Source: Burkholderiales bacterium
GTDB taxonomy: Bacteria > Pseudomonadota > Gammaproteobacteria > Burkholderiales > Eutrophovitaceae
Assembly: GCA_035528435.1 (NCBI GenBank)
Contig: DATKYN010000153.1
Coordinates: 1 to 55,740, forward strand
Reading direction: 5' to 3'
Length of the DNA: 55,740 bases
Shown here: piece by piece, positions 1 through 9,653 of the stretch
Layout: the number at the start of each line of letters is the position of its first letter
How positions within the stretch are numbered: the first letter of the stretch is position 1
The notes under the pieces: model-generated
Databases searched by the model: none
What the model saw: the letters and a program-made list of their open reading frames with translations, nothing else
What the model was told of the DNA's origin: nothing
Made by a program: the position numbers and the translations under genes

Positions 1-69
1 CGGTTGGCGTTGGTTCATTCTGGCGATGCGGCCTGTCGTGCGTAATCGCGCATCAGGCAGGGGCCCGGA

Positions 70-954
70 TCAATCGTCGTTGAGTGAAGGCATCCAGTAG
101 GTCGGCCGGATGGATGTTGCCGATGTTGCATTATTCACGACCGATACGCCGGTGGCGATCAGGGCGCTGTCGATCCCGCATGCGGCGGCCCCGGCAATAT
201 CGGTTTCGAGTTGATCTCCGATCATCACCGCGTTGCGCGTGCCGAATCGGTTCATTGCAGCTTCGTACAGATCCCCTTTTGGTTTTCCGAGTCGGTCGAA
301 CACCAGATCCTGGCGTTGCGGGTAGCGGCGCCGCAGGGCTGCCTCAATGATCAGTGCGACACTGCCCGCGGCAATCCCGAACTTATTTTCCCCGTGCGGA
401 AAAATCAGATCGGGGTTGGGCAGCACAAGGCGCACCGGTTTCCCCGCGTCAATCGCCGTAAATAGCGTCGACAACGTCGCGTCAACTGTTTCGACGAAGT
501 TGTAGCCGTTTTCGTCCCCCACCACGAGCACACCGCATGCACTGCTGGCGGGCACCACCGTACCGCCAGCCTGTTCGACAAACCGATTGCTGTCAGCAGT
601 GCCGAGCACAATGCAATCCGCGCCATGCAGGTCGTGTTTGTCGAAATATTCGCGCAGCAATAGCCCGGAAGAGATGATCCGGTCGACCGGGATATCGAGG
701 CCGAAGCCTTGATAGCGTTGCGCTGCTGATGCCGGCAGCTTGGAAGCGTCGTTGGTGAGGACGGCGTAGGGCTTGCCCAATTCACGCAATCGGGTAATCG
801 TTGTCTGCGCGCCCGACAGGGCGCCGGCCGAGTGCACCAACACGCCATAGGCGTCAAACAACAGCAGGTCGTAGCGGTCTATCAGCGCGCCAATTGACAC
901 GCGCGGGATCGGGCTGTCCGATACCGGGTTGTTCAAAACGGTGTCGTTGGTCAA
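70..954 (-). CDS. HAD-superfamily hydrolase, subfamily IIA-like
   Basis: 294-aa ORF. Motif I LLLFDAYGVLV (Asp nucleophile), VLTNDAS, GKP and MIGDQLETDIAGA blocks. TTG start overlaps the TGA of the upstream gene (TTGA at 951-954). Confidence 0.8.
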   Translation of the reverse strand: MTNDTVLNNPVSDSPIPRVSIGALIDRYDLLLFDAYGVLVHSAGALSGAQTTITRLRELGKPYAVLTNDASKLPASAAQRYQGFGLDIPVDRIISSGLLLREYFDKHDLHGADCIVLGTADSNRFVEQAGGTVVPASSACGVLVVGDENGYNFVETVDATLSTLFTAIDAGKPVRLVLPNPDLIFPHGENKFGIAAGSVALIIEAALRRRYPQRQDLVFDRLGKPKGDLYEAAMNRFGTRNAVMIGDQLETDIAGAAACGIDSALIATGVSVVNNATSATSIRPTYWMPSLNDD

Positions 955-2075
955 GCGGTGATCTCGACCGAAGTCAGGGTGTATCGGAAGCTGTCCGGGT
1001 CGAGGCTGTCAAGGTGTCCGCCGGCGGTTTCGCCTTGCGGATACATCATGAAAGGGATTACCGGTCCGTTTGAGAACGGTAATGCAAGGTCATGCGCAAA
1101 ATTGTAGGCGAGCCAGTTGGTCTCCCAGGCACCGAACAATTGCGCCCGAACCCGTTGCACCAGTGGGTGCTCCATTGTCAGCCCGGGGCGCTCTTCCAGC
1201 AGTACCTTGCGCACGTCCGCCGGATCAGCCGGCACCCAGCCGTAGTCTTCGAGAAACACTTCGGCACGGCAATGCTGCGCCTTGCTGATATCCCCGCTCT
1301 TGCCGAGGCTGCGATAGCCAAAACGCGAATCGGCAACGCGCACCCCGTAAACGTCCCGGGCGGGAATGCCCAACGCGCGGCACATGCCGACAAACAGGGT
1401 ATTGATGTCAGCGCACTTTCCGCTGAGGTTGCCTGTCTCGAGCATGGTGCCGATGTCACCGAGTCCGCAACCGCGTGTCTTTGGATCTCGCGCGCTATTG
1501 TCGACGACCCAGTCATAAATCGCTCGTGCCTGGTCAACGTCCGAGCGCGCGGCGCCGCCTGCTGCTCTCGCAGTGCGACGCACTATTCCGTCGGTCGGGA
1601 TCAATCGGGTTGCTTCGGTATAGAGCTGTCGTTCTGAATCTGATAGATGGTGATCGCCGGGGGCGTCCCAGTCGGTTTTTCGATCGCGTGTGGCAAACCG
1701 GCTCGTTACGCTGAGCACTGGCGCAGGCTCATTGTCATCCCACTCCGCAAACAGCATCTGTGTGCCATATTGCGGTTCGGTTACGGTTCGCACGGTTCGC
1801 GCGTTGCCTGTCCACTGGTTGTCCATCGACCGCATCCATGCGTCATTGTGGGCGGAAGGTAATGGCAGCCAGACGCGTGGCGTGCCGGCGGCAGATAGCA
1901 TTTCGATGCGGGTTGTTACTTCAAACACGCGCCAGTCCTGTGGCGTTGGTTCGAACCGGGTGGTCTCAACCGTTCCGGCGTTTTGGCTGCGGGTTGCGGC
2001 AACAGTCAATCGTGGGAGCAGAGTGGTGGCGATCAGTGCTGCGCCGCCGTCCCGAAGGAAAGAACGTCTGTTCAT
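951..2075 (-). CDS. Tat-exported transglutaminase-like family protein
   Basis: 374-aa ORF. Twin-arginine signal MNRRSFLRDGGAALIATTLL. Transglutaminase-core block GKCADINTLFVGMCRALGIPARDVYG, followed by QHCRAEVF and GWVPADPAD. Confidence 0.8.
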   Translation of the reverse strand: MNRRSFLRDGGAALIATTLLPRLTVAATRSQNAGTVETTRFEPTPQDWRVFEVTTRIEMLSAAGTPRVWLPLPSAHNDAWMRSMDNQWTGNARTVRTVTEPQYGTQMLFAEWDDNEPAPVLSVTSRFATRDRKTDWDAPGDHHLSDSERQLYTEATRLIPTDGIVRRTARAAGGAARSDVDQARAIYDWVVDNSARDPKTRGCGLGDIGTMLETGNLSGKCADINTLFVGMCRALGIPARDVYGVRVADSRFGYRSLGKSGDISKAQHCRAEVFLEDYGWVPADPADVRKVLLEERPGLTMEHPLVQRVRAQLFGAWETNWLAYNFAHDLALPFSNGPVIPFMMYPQGETAGGHLDSLDPDSFRYTLTSVEITA

Positions 2076-2123
2076 TGTCTGGTTCTTTGTAACAGTGATG
2101 TGATTCGACGCCAGGGCGCCAGG

Positions 2124-2651
2124 CTATCTGTTCGGCAACAAATTCCGTATTTTCGACTCGACTTCAGGCGCATCCCACTCAATCTCACCGAGTACCTGAT
2201 AGCGAATGTTCTGATCGGCATCGATAATGTATGTGGTCGGCAGGCCTTTTTTCACCCAGGCTTTCGACGCGCGCATGTCGGTGTCCAGCAGCACTGGCAC
2301 GTCGACATTGATCTTTTTGAGAAACGGTGTGATACGTGCCGGTTTCTCTCCGAAGTTCACCGTGACCAGTGCGAACGGTTCGTCGGCGAGTTTTTCGGCG
2401 AGGCGTTCGAACGAGGGCATTTCTTCGATGCACGGCGCGCACCAGGTGGCCCAGAAATTCAGCACCACCACCTTGCCACGGTAGTCCGCGAGGGCGCGCT
2501 CCTGGCCATCGAGATCTTTCAGTGCCAGCGGTGGCGGTGCACCGCCTGTCCATCTCTTCATTTTGGACATGTCGGCTGCGACGGTCGTCGTGACAAAGGC
2601 GACCAGAATGACAGCAAGGAAGGGGAGTATTCGCATCAGATCTTTCGGCAC
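2124..2651 (-). CDS. TlpA/ResA-family thiol:disulfide oxidoreductase (membrane-anchored thioredoxin fold)
   Basis: 175-aa ORF. N-terminal hydrophobic anchor and NFWATWCAPC CxxC motif. Confidence 0.85.
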   Translation of the reverse strand: MPKDLMRILPFLAVILVAFVTTTVAADMSKMKRWTGGAPPPLALKDLDGQERALADYRGKVVVLNFWATWCAPCIEEMPSFERLAEKLADEPFALVTVNFGEKPARITPFLKKINVDVPVLLDTDMRASKAWVKKGLPTTYIIDADQNIRYQVLGEIEWDAPEVESKIRNLLPNR

Positions 2652-2781
2652 AGGAGAATAGACAGGCCGCGAGTTTTACATACCTGATATGAGGCTAACA
2701 ACCCTGCCTGCGCAAAGGTCATGCACTGGCCCGATGCAAGCGAGCCCGCATGACATTCGTGCCAGTGCTTGAGCTTCGGGC

Positions 2782-5481
2782 TTACACGTCCCAGGGATTC
2801 GGCCGGTCCGTTGATATCGCGTATTTCCTGATCGCTTCGCTAACTTGCTTGCGATCGATGCTGCCTTCGTCCGCCAGCGCTTTCAGTGTGGCGATCACAA
2901 CGTGATGACGATCGACTTCGAAGAAGTCGCGCAATGCGGCACGCGTGTCGCTGCGGCCAAAACCATCAGTGCCCAGCGTCACGTAGCGCCGTGGCACCCA
3001 GGTGCGGATCAGGTCGGCAACGGAGCGCATGTAATCGGTAGATGCAATGACCGGCCCGGTTGTATCGCTCAGGCAGCGCTCGACCCATGACGGTTTCGGG
3101 TCGCGCTCGGGGTTATAGCGGTTGTCACGTTCGACCGACATGCCGTCGCGGCGCAGTTCGGTAAAGCTGGTCACGCTCCAGACATCAGCGCTGACTTTCC
3201 AGTCTTTTTCCAGCAAGTCGGCTGCGGCCAGCACTTCACGAAGGATTGCACCGGAGCCGAGCAGTTGCGCCGTCGCGACAGGCTTTTTCGCCTTGCTCTG
3301 GTGCAGGCGGTACATTCCTTTCAGAATGCCCTCTTCGGCCCCTTCCGGCATGGCCGGATGCTGATAATTCTCGTTCATCATGGTGACGTAATAGAACACG
3401 TCTTCCTGCGCCTCCAGCATGCGGCGCATGCCATCGCGGATGATGGTGACGACCTCGTAACCGTAAGTCGGGTCGTAGGCAACACAGTTCGGAACGGTGG
3501 AGAAGAGCAGATGGCTGGAGCCGTCTTCATGCTGCAAACCTTCGCCGGAAAGTGTAGTGCGTCCCGCCGTTGCGCCCAGCAAAAAGCCGCGGGCACGCGA
3601 GTCACCCGCTGCCCACACCAGATCACCGATGCGCTGGAACCCGAAACAGGAATAAAACACATAGAACGGCAACATCGGGATGCCGTGCGCCGAGTAAGAC
3701 GTTGCGGCCGCGAGCCAGGACGAAATGGCGCCGGCTTCGGTGATGCCTTCTTCAAGGATTTGCCCGTTCTTCGCCTCCTTGTAGTAGAGCAACTCATCTT
3801 TGTCCTCTGGCTCGTACAGCTGCCCGAACGGCGAATAGATCGCGACTTGTCTGAACAATGATTGCATGCCAAAAGTGCGCGCTTCATCCGCCACGATCGG
3901 CACGACGTGCTTGCCGAACTGCTTGTCGCGCAGCAGTTGCGAGAGCATGTTCACGAACACCATGGTGCTCGACTGCTCGCGGTCGCCGCTGCCCCCGAGC
4001 AGCTTCGAGAATGCCGCCAATTCGGGCACGTCGAGCGTGTCGGATGTTTTCGCGCGTACGGGAAGGTAACCGCCAAGCGCTTCGCGGCGTGCGTGCAGGT
4101 ACTTCATCTCCGGACTGTCTTTCGCTGGCAGATTGAAGCGCAGGTGCTCCACATCGTCATCCGAAATCGGCAACGCGAACCGGTCGCGGAATGCCAGCAA
4201 GGCGTCGATCTCAAGTTTCTTTTGCTGGTGCGCGGTCATTTTCCCCTGGCCCCAATGGCCCATGCCGTAGCCTTTCTTGGTCTGGGCAAGGATGACGGTC
4301 GGGCGACCTTTATGATTGGCAGCCGCATGGTAGGCCGCGTAGATTTTCACCGGGTCGTGTCCGCCACGCTTGAGCCGGTCGATATCTTCGTCCGACAAAT
4401 GGGATACAAGGCTCTGCAATTCGGGGTACTTGTTGAAGAAGTGCTCCCGGTTGAACTGGCCGTCAGTCGCAGCGTACTTCTGAAACTCGCCGTCAACGGT
4501 CTCGTGCAGGCGTTTCAGAATAATGTTGTCGGTATCGCGTGCGAACAGCGGATCCCAGTCCGACCCCCACATTAACTTGACGACGTTCCAGCCAGCGCCA
4601 CCGAACAGGCCTTCGAGCTCCTGAACCACCGAGCCGTTTCCGCGCACCGGGCCGTCAAGGCGCTGCAGGTTGCAGTTCACCACGAAAATCAGATTATCGA
4701 GACCTTCGCGCGAGGCCAGCGACAATCCGGCGAGTGACTCCGGTTCGTCCATTTCGCCGTCGCCGACGAAACACCACACCTTGCGGTCGTCGGCGGGTTT
4801 GATCTCGCGATGCTCGAGATAGCGGATGAAGCGCGCCTGGTAGATGGCGGTGAGTGGGCCCAGGCCCATGGAGCCGGTCGGAAACTGCCAGAAGTCCGGC
4901 ATCAGCCAGGGATGGCAATATGATGAGAGTCCCTTGCCGCCGGTTTCCTGCCGGTAATTGGAAAGCTGTTCCTCGCCCAACCGGCCTTCCATGAAAGCGC
5001 GCGCATAAACGCCCGGTGCGGAATGGGGCTGGAAATAAATGCAGTCGCCTGACTGACCGGCACGGAAGAAATGGTTGTAGCCGACTTCGAACAGGTCGGC
5101 CGAAGAGGCGTAGGTGGCGATGTGTCCACCCAGTTCCGGATGGGCGCGATTGGCGCGTACCACCATCGCGAGTGCATTCCAGCGAACCAGAGCGGACAGC
5201 CGCGCTTCGATTTCCGGATTTCCGGGAAACTGGGGCTGGTCGGCAAGAGAGATCGTGTTGCTGTAGGGCGTGTTGACCACCGGCGGCATCGGCACGCGCG
5301 ACCGGCGCGCCTGCTCGAGCAACTTCATCAGGATAAAGGTCGCTCGTTCCGGTCCCTCGAGTTCGACGATGGATTTGAACGCATCGATCCATTCGCGTGT
5401 TTCCACTGGGTCCATATCCTGCGGCAGCACACGCCAGAAAGCGGAAACGTTCAAGTCTTGCACTTCGGATAAGTCGGTCAT
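2782..5481 (-). CDS. aceE: Pyruvate dehydrogenase E1 component, homodimeric type
   Basis: Collinear by eye with E. coli AceE along its whole length (DPVETREWIDAF, GGHIATYASSA, GDGEMDEPES, NCNLQRLDGPVRGNG, LGTDGFGRSD). ATG at 5481 follows AGGTGA and is preferred over the GTG at 5508. Confidence 0.95.
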   Translation of the reverse strand: MTDLSEVQDLNVSAFWRVLPQDMDPVETREWIDAFKSIVELEGPERATFILMKLLEQARRSRVPMPPVVNTPYSNTISLADQPQFPGNPEIEARLSALVRWNALAMVVRANRAHPELGGHIATYASSADLFEVGYNHFFRAGQSGDCIYFQPHSAPGVYARAFMEGRLGEEQLSNYRQETGGKGLSSYCHPWLMPDFWQFPTGSMGLGPLTAIYQARFIRYLEHREIKPADDRKVWCFVGDGEMDEPESLAGLSLASREGLDNLIFVVNCNLQRLDGPVRGNGSVVQELEGLFGGAGWNVVKLMWGSDWDPLFARDTDNIILKRLHETVDGEFQKYAATDGQFNREHFFNKYPELQSLVSHLSDEDIDRLKRGGHDPVKIYAAYHAAANHKGRPTVILAQTKKGYGMGHWGQGKMTAHQQKKLEIDALLAFRDRFALPISDDDVEHLRFNLPAKDSPEMKYLHARREALGGYLPVRAKTSDTLDVPELAAFSKLLGGSGDREQSSTMVFVNMLSQLLRDKQFGKHVVPIVADEARTFGMQSLFRQVAIYSPFGQLYEPEDKDELLYYKEAKNGQILEEGITEAGAISSWLAAATSYSAHGIPMLPFYVFYSCFGFQRIGDLVWAAGDSRARGFLLGATAGRTTLSGEGLQHEDGSSHLLFSTVPNCVAYDPTYGYEVVTIIRDGMRRMLEAQEDVFYYVTMMNENYQHPAMPEGAEEGILKGMYRLHQSKAKKPVATAQLLGSGAILREVLAAADLLEKDWKVSADVWSVTSFTELRRDGMSVERDNRYNPERDPKPSWVERCLSDTTGPVIASTDYMRSVADLIRTWVPRRYVTLGTDGFGRSDTRAALRDFFEVDRHHVVIATLKALADEGSIDRKQVSEAIRKYAISTDRPNPWDV

Positions 5482-5596
5482 GAATATCACCTGATGGTCT
5501 GTGGGCACGCCCGATGCGGGGCGTCACTAGTAGCAAGATGGTAGCGTTTTCTGCGAAGCATGGGGTTTCGTTTGAAGCGAGATTGCCGGGTTCATA

Positions 5597-5642
5597 CAGC
5601 ATATAATTCCGAAAATCCGCCTGTTTGAAATATAATATGCTG
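5597..5642. promoter_or_regulatory. AT-rich inverted repeat (CAGCATAT-N30-ATATGCTG) with an embedded TATAAT in the aceE-lrp divergent region
   Basis: 8-nt arms at 5597-5604 and 5635-5642. TATAAT at 5631-5636. The right arm overlaps candidate lrp start codons. The binding protein is unknown. Confidence 0.3.
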
Positions 5643-6203
5643 GGTATGTTGCTCGATTCGATTGACTGGAAAATCCTCTCCCTGCTGCAGCTGGACGCGC
5701 GCTTGTCCAATGTTCAACTGGCGCACGCGGTAGGACTGTCACCGTCACCCTGCCTGGCGCGCGTGCGCGCCCTCGAGCAGGCCGGTTACATCAGCCGCTA
5801 TGTGTCTTTGCTCGATGCACTCAAGGTGGGTCTGAAAGTCAGTGTTTTCATTCAGGTCGCACTCGAACGCCAGGTCGAGAAAGCGCTGGAGATATTCGAG
5901 AACGCGATTCGCGAACGTCCTGAAGTGATGGAGTGTTATCTGATGACGGGAGAGGCCGACTATCTGTTGCGCGTCGTTGTGCCCGACATTCAGGCGCTTG
6001 AGGAATTCGTTCTGAATTTCCTGTCGCGTGTTCCCGGCGTGGGCAACATCAAATCCAGTTTCGCGCTCAAGCAGGTGAAATACCAGACAGCGTTGCCATT
6101 GCCGGTGGAAGCGGCGGTGGGCAACAAGAGTCATACGTCGGGACCAAATCGCCGGGACAAGGCGCGCAAGGTGGGACCTGGCAAGCGGACTCGGCGGGAA
6201 TGA
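5637..6203 (+). CDS. lrp: Lrp/AsnC-family transcriptional regulator
   Basis: HTH block [43 protein letters not shown] and a RAM-domain block ([19 protein letters not shown]). Start is ambiguous (TTG 5625, ATG 5637, ATG 5646). Basic C-terminal tail of about 30 aa. Confidence 0.9.
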   Translation: MLGMLLDSIDWKILSLLQLDARLSNVQLAHAVGLSPSPCLARVRALEQAGYISRYVSLLDALKVGLKVSVFIQVALERQVEKALEIFENAIRERPEVMECYLMTGEADYLLRVVVPDIQALEEFVLNFLSRVPGVGNIKSSFALKQVKYQTALPLPVEAAVGNKSHTSGPNRRDKARKVGPGKRTRRE

Positions 6204-6844
6204 GCGAGACTCCCGCCAACCCGGCGCAGGCGACAACCGGCATCGGCAACTGGCCCGCGAGTGTGTGCGTTTACTGCGGTTCGAGTAGCGGCGATCGCCC
6301 GGAGTACACCGTTGCCGCGCGTGAACTGGGTGCCTTGTTCGCCCGGCGCGAGATCAGGCTGGTGTTTGGCGGCGGCAGCGTTGGCTTGATGGGGGTGCTT
6401 GCCGACGCGGTGCTGGCCGCCGGGGGCAAGGTCACCGGCGTTATACCAAGGGGGCTGCGCACCGAAGAGCTCGCGCATGAAGGCTTGAGCGAGATGATCG
6501 TGGTTGACTCAATGCATGCAAGAAAGCAGCGCATGGTCGAACTCTCGGACGCGTTTATCGCAATGCCCGGTGGTATCGGAACACTGGATGAACTATTCGA
6601 AACGTTCACATGGCTGCAACTCGGCATTCACAGCAAGCCAGTCGGGCTGCTTAATGTGGCCGGTTATTATGATCCGTTACTTGCATTTCTGAGACACATG
6701 TCCGACCGACAGTTTCTGAGCGAGAAGCACCTCGGGTGTCTGTCGGTTGAAACGGACGCAGAGCGTTTGCTGAAGAAACTGAACAGCTTCAGAACGCCGG
6801 GCGACGGCAAATGGGCGTCTGACACGCAATCTTTGCGGCCTTGA
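6200..6844 (+). CDS. LOG-family protein (nucleotide 5'-monophosphate phosphoribohydrolase, TIGR00730 type)
   Basis: [15 protein letters not shown] and [12 protein letters not shown] motifs. The ATG overlaps the lrp TGA (ATGA at 6200-6203). Confidence 0.9.
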   Translation: MSETPANPAQATTGIGNWPASVCVYCGSSSGDRPEYTVAARELGALFARREIRLVFGGGSVGLMGVLADAVLAAGGKVTGVIPRGLRTEELAHEGLSEMIVVDSMHARKQRMVELSDAFIAMPGGIGTLDELFETFTWLQLGIHSKPVGLLNVAGYYDPLLAFLRHMSDRQFLSEKHLGCLSVETDAERLLKKLNSFRTPGDGKWASDTQSLRP

Positions 6845-7255
6845 TTCGCTTCACGGGGAAGCCGAGGCCCTGCCTTGGACGACGCCCCCCAGATGTCTGG
6901 TTGCCGGAGATTTTGCATTCCGACGGTGCGATGAGCCACGGTCGGTTGGTAATGGAACGGTGCTGTCTTGAGCGTAGAATCTGCGAAAACCAGAGATAGT
7001 GCCCGGGTCGATCTTCAACGGCTGTTTTTCGGTTGGTAGCAGACCATCGGGTTACGGTCTATTGAGAACCGAAACCGTCGGTTTGCGGCCAGAAACAGAA
7101 GGTAACGCTATCGCCGTTACTGATAACATCCAGAAATATCAGTTTCTGTTGAAAAGCAGATTCGTTGCTCATGCCATGACTCAATCCATCAAGGGCGTAC
7201 GTAAATGCCGTGCCTATTCGGCTAACTGACAGAAACCCATCGTTCCGGCTGGATT

Positions 7256-7999
7256 TTATTGGTCAGTTTCTGAGTGTTCGCGACCAAACCGGGTTTGAGG
7301 TAGCGTATCCGTAGCCGACCGAAAAATTCGACTGTCCGCAAGCGCGACCGCGTTAACGATCAGCCATGCCAACAGCATCGTCGTTACGGTATGACTGAGA
7401 AAGTGGTCCCCGATCAACATTTTGTAAGCGCCCATGATCCAGCCAGTCGCCAGGGCTGCAAACAGGGCGCGCCGGCGATTGCGGGAATCTTGAAAAAGAA
7501 AGAACAGCGACAACAGGGCAAATCCGCCACTGGCATGACCAGCCGGAAAGCACCTGTACTTCGCTTTGCTCTGGTTGGTCTTTTGATATCTGCCAAAGAT
7601 GCCGGCGTACACACTGTCGCCACCGAACTGACTGAGGTCTCGGGGGCAAGCGACGTTGGTCGTATTCTTCAAAGCGCCTATGCAGGCCGGAACCAGAATC
7701 AGCGCCAAAAGGACTATCCGCATCCCGCTCTTGTAGGAACTGAGGGCGGGTAATCGGCGGATAAATATGAGGCACAGCATCAGGCCAAGCCCAAAGGTAA
7801 TCAGTATGCGTTTAATGCCATCGTAAAATAGTAACCGTCCCAGGGAGTCGGAGCTGCTGACGACCCACTGCTGTTCAGTAAAGTCGAAAAGCTGCTGTTG
7901 TAGCCAGATATCGGTTGGCGTCAGTTCGAACCAAACCAAACAGACTATCAACGCGCCTAGCGATCCAACAATATGACGGCAGCTAATCTTCGCGCTCAT
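7256..7999 (-). CDS. PAP2-family membrane phosphatase
   Basis: 247-aa polytopic membrane ORF with a PSGH-like block (FPAGHASGG) and a downstream GDHFLSH block. Overlaps the 3' end of the PEtN transferase gene by 17 nt. Confidence 0.75.
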   Translation of the reverse strand: MSAKISCRHIVGSLGALIVCLVWFELTPTDIWLQQQLFDFTEQQWVVSSSDSLGRLLFYDGIKRILITFGLGLMLCLIFIRRLPALSSYKSGMRIVLLALILVPACIGALKNTTNVACPRDLSQFGGDSVYAGIFGRYQKTNQSKAKYRCFPAGHASGGFALLSLFFLFQDSRNRRRALFAALATGWIMGAYKMLIGDHFLSHTVTTMLLAWLIVNAVALADSRIFRSATDTLPQTRFGREHSETDQ

Positions 8000-9653
8000 T
8001 TACGACGAATAGCGCTTCCGGACTGACCGGGATCTCGGCTGCTATCTCGAATGCGGAGAGCAGTGAATGAAATACGGTGTCGTGTGAGTTTGCCTGATCT
8101 CTAACACTCAGCGCACTGCTCAATTCGATATCGGAGGAGTCGCCAATCCATACGATGACCGGTACGTCCGTCTGCTCAACGGGCGCCAGAGCGTAGGGCA
8201 TCCCATGCAGGTACAGGCCATGTTCGCCTAGCGACTCGCCGTGGTCGCTGACGTAGAGCATCGCCGTTTCGAACCGCGGAGTATTGGCTTTCAGTAAAGA
8301 TATAACCTCGGACAGGAAGTAGTCCGTGTAGAGGATTGCGTTGTCGTAAGCATTACCAATTTCTTCATCGGTACAGCGGGATAGCTCCTCGAAGCCGCAA
8401 GCTGGCGTGAACCGCTCGAATTCCGGCGGATACCGCTTGAAGTACGCAGGGCCGTGATTTCCCATCTGGTGTAATACGATCAGGATGTCGCCGCTTTGTG
8501 CGTCTATGTACTCCTGTAGACCACTTAGCATTCCAACGTCGCGACACTCGGCGTCACACACGGGATTAACCCCTGGTTGTGTGAAATTTTCAAACGTCAC
8601 CCGATTCGCGACTCCCTTTGAACCGGAGTTGTTATCCCGCCAAAGGACGTTGACTCCGGCACGCATCAGGACATCGAGCACATTCTCGCTGTTTTCCGCT
8701 GTACGCCGATCGAATTGATCTCGCCCGTCCAGTGCAAACATGCACGGCACTGATATCGCAGTAGACGTCCCACACGCGGAGATATGAGTGTAACTAACGA
8801 CACGATCCTCTTTTTCCAATTCTGGATTGGTATCCCTTGTGTAGCCGTTTAATGAGAACCGGTTCGCTCGCGCGGTTTCGCCTACCACCATAATGATCAA
8901 TTCCGCCTCAGGGTCAGCGCCAGGCATTTCGGCGTCTTCCAGAATTCTGACTGGTTCTGCAAATGCTTCGACTGCATTCGTGGCAGCAAGGAACTTGCCG
9001 ATTGAATAAAGAGCAAATGTCGGATTGCTATAGTAGCGAAGCGGTTTGTGCAGGCGAAACAAGCCGGCGTACGAATCGCTGAAGCTAAACACGCACAATA
9101 GAATGATTGCGATTGCGCCGGCCGCCGACTGCGCTTTGTATTGCAGTTCGTGGAGTCGATTCGAATAGGCAAATGGCCAAAGCCATATTGCAGCAGCCGG
9201 AATTATCCCAGTGAAGATGAACCTCATTATCAAGCCGGCGTTCAACAGGTCCGCAGCTTCAGAGGTATCGGTTTCCAACACATTCTGAATCATGACGGTA
9301 TCTACAACCGCTCCAAACTGGTCCGCAAAATACCCGATTATTGCCGCCAGAATGATAAAAACACTGACCACAATCCGCGCTGGAATGATGCAACTCAGCA
9401 TTGTCATGAGTAGCGTCAAAACAGCAGCGAAGCCGATGCCGATTGACAACAGAAATCCGAAATTTCCTTCACTCCAGGGATACATCTCCAGCACCTTCCC
9501 GAGAAATGTAATATTCCCGGTCAAGGTCAGAAAGATCGCTGTCAAAACGATCAGTTTCGTTTGGGAGAGGCCGTGCTTGGGGCCTGGGTATCGCACTATT
9601 GGGGACCTGCCATGTTTGAAACACTGATATAGAGGGAAGGGCAGGCTACACAC
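7983..9653 (-). CDS. eptA: Phosphoethanolamine--lipid A transferase, EptA/MCR family
   Basis: Five N-terminal TM helices plus a sulfatase-fold domain carrying VVGETARA, CGTSTAISVPCMF, LWRDNNSGSKGV, ECRDVGML, LHQMGNHGPAYFKRY, AYDNAILYTD and MLYVSDHGESLGEHGLYLHGMP. Start uncertain (GTG 9653 or GTG 9596). Confidence 0.9.
   Translation of the reverse strand: MCSLPFPLYQCFKHGRSPIVRYPGPKHGLSQTKLIVLTAIFLTLTGNITFLGKVLEMYPWSEGNFGFLLSIGIGFAAVLTLLMTMLSCIIPARIVVSVFIILAAIIGYFADQFGAVVDTVMIQNVLETDTSEAADLLNAGLIMRFIFTGIIPAAAIWLWPFAYSNRLHELQYKAQSAAGAIAIILLCVFSFSDSYAGLFRLHKPLRYYSNPTFALYSIGKFLAATNAVEAFAEPVRILEDAEMPGADPEAELIIMVVGETARANRFSLNGYTRDTNPELEKEDRVVSYTHISACGTSTAISVPCMFALDGRDQFDRRTAENSENVLDVLMRAGVNVLWRDNNSGSKGVANRVTFENFTQPGVNPVCDAECRDVGMLSGLQEYIDAQSGDILIVLHQMGNHGPAYFKRYPPEFERFTPACGFEELSRCTDEEIGNAYDNAILYTDYFLSEVISLLKANTPRFETAMLYVSDHGESLGEHGLYLHGMPYALAPVEQTDVPVIVWIGDSSDIELSSALSVRDQANSHDTVFHSLLSAFEIAAEIPVSPEALFVVNERED

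Noticed and set aside
6999-7229. 76-aa plus-strand ORF, and a 35-codon minus-strand ORF (MSNESAFQQKLIFLDVISNGDSVTFCFWPQTDGFGSQ), in the 410-nt gap downstream of the PAP2 gene.
   Set aside because: Neither has an RBS or recognisable motifs. The region is kept only as the low-GC flank of the eptA islet.
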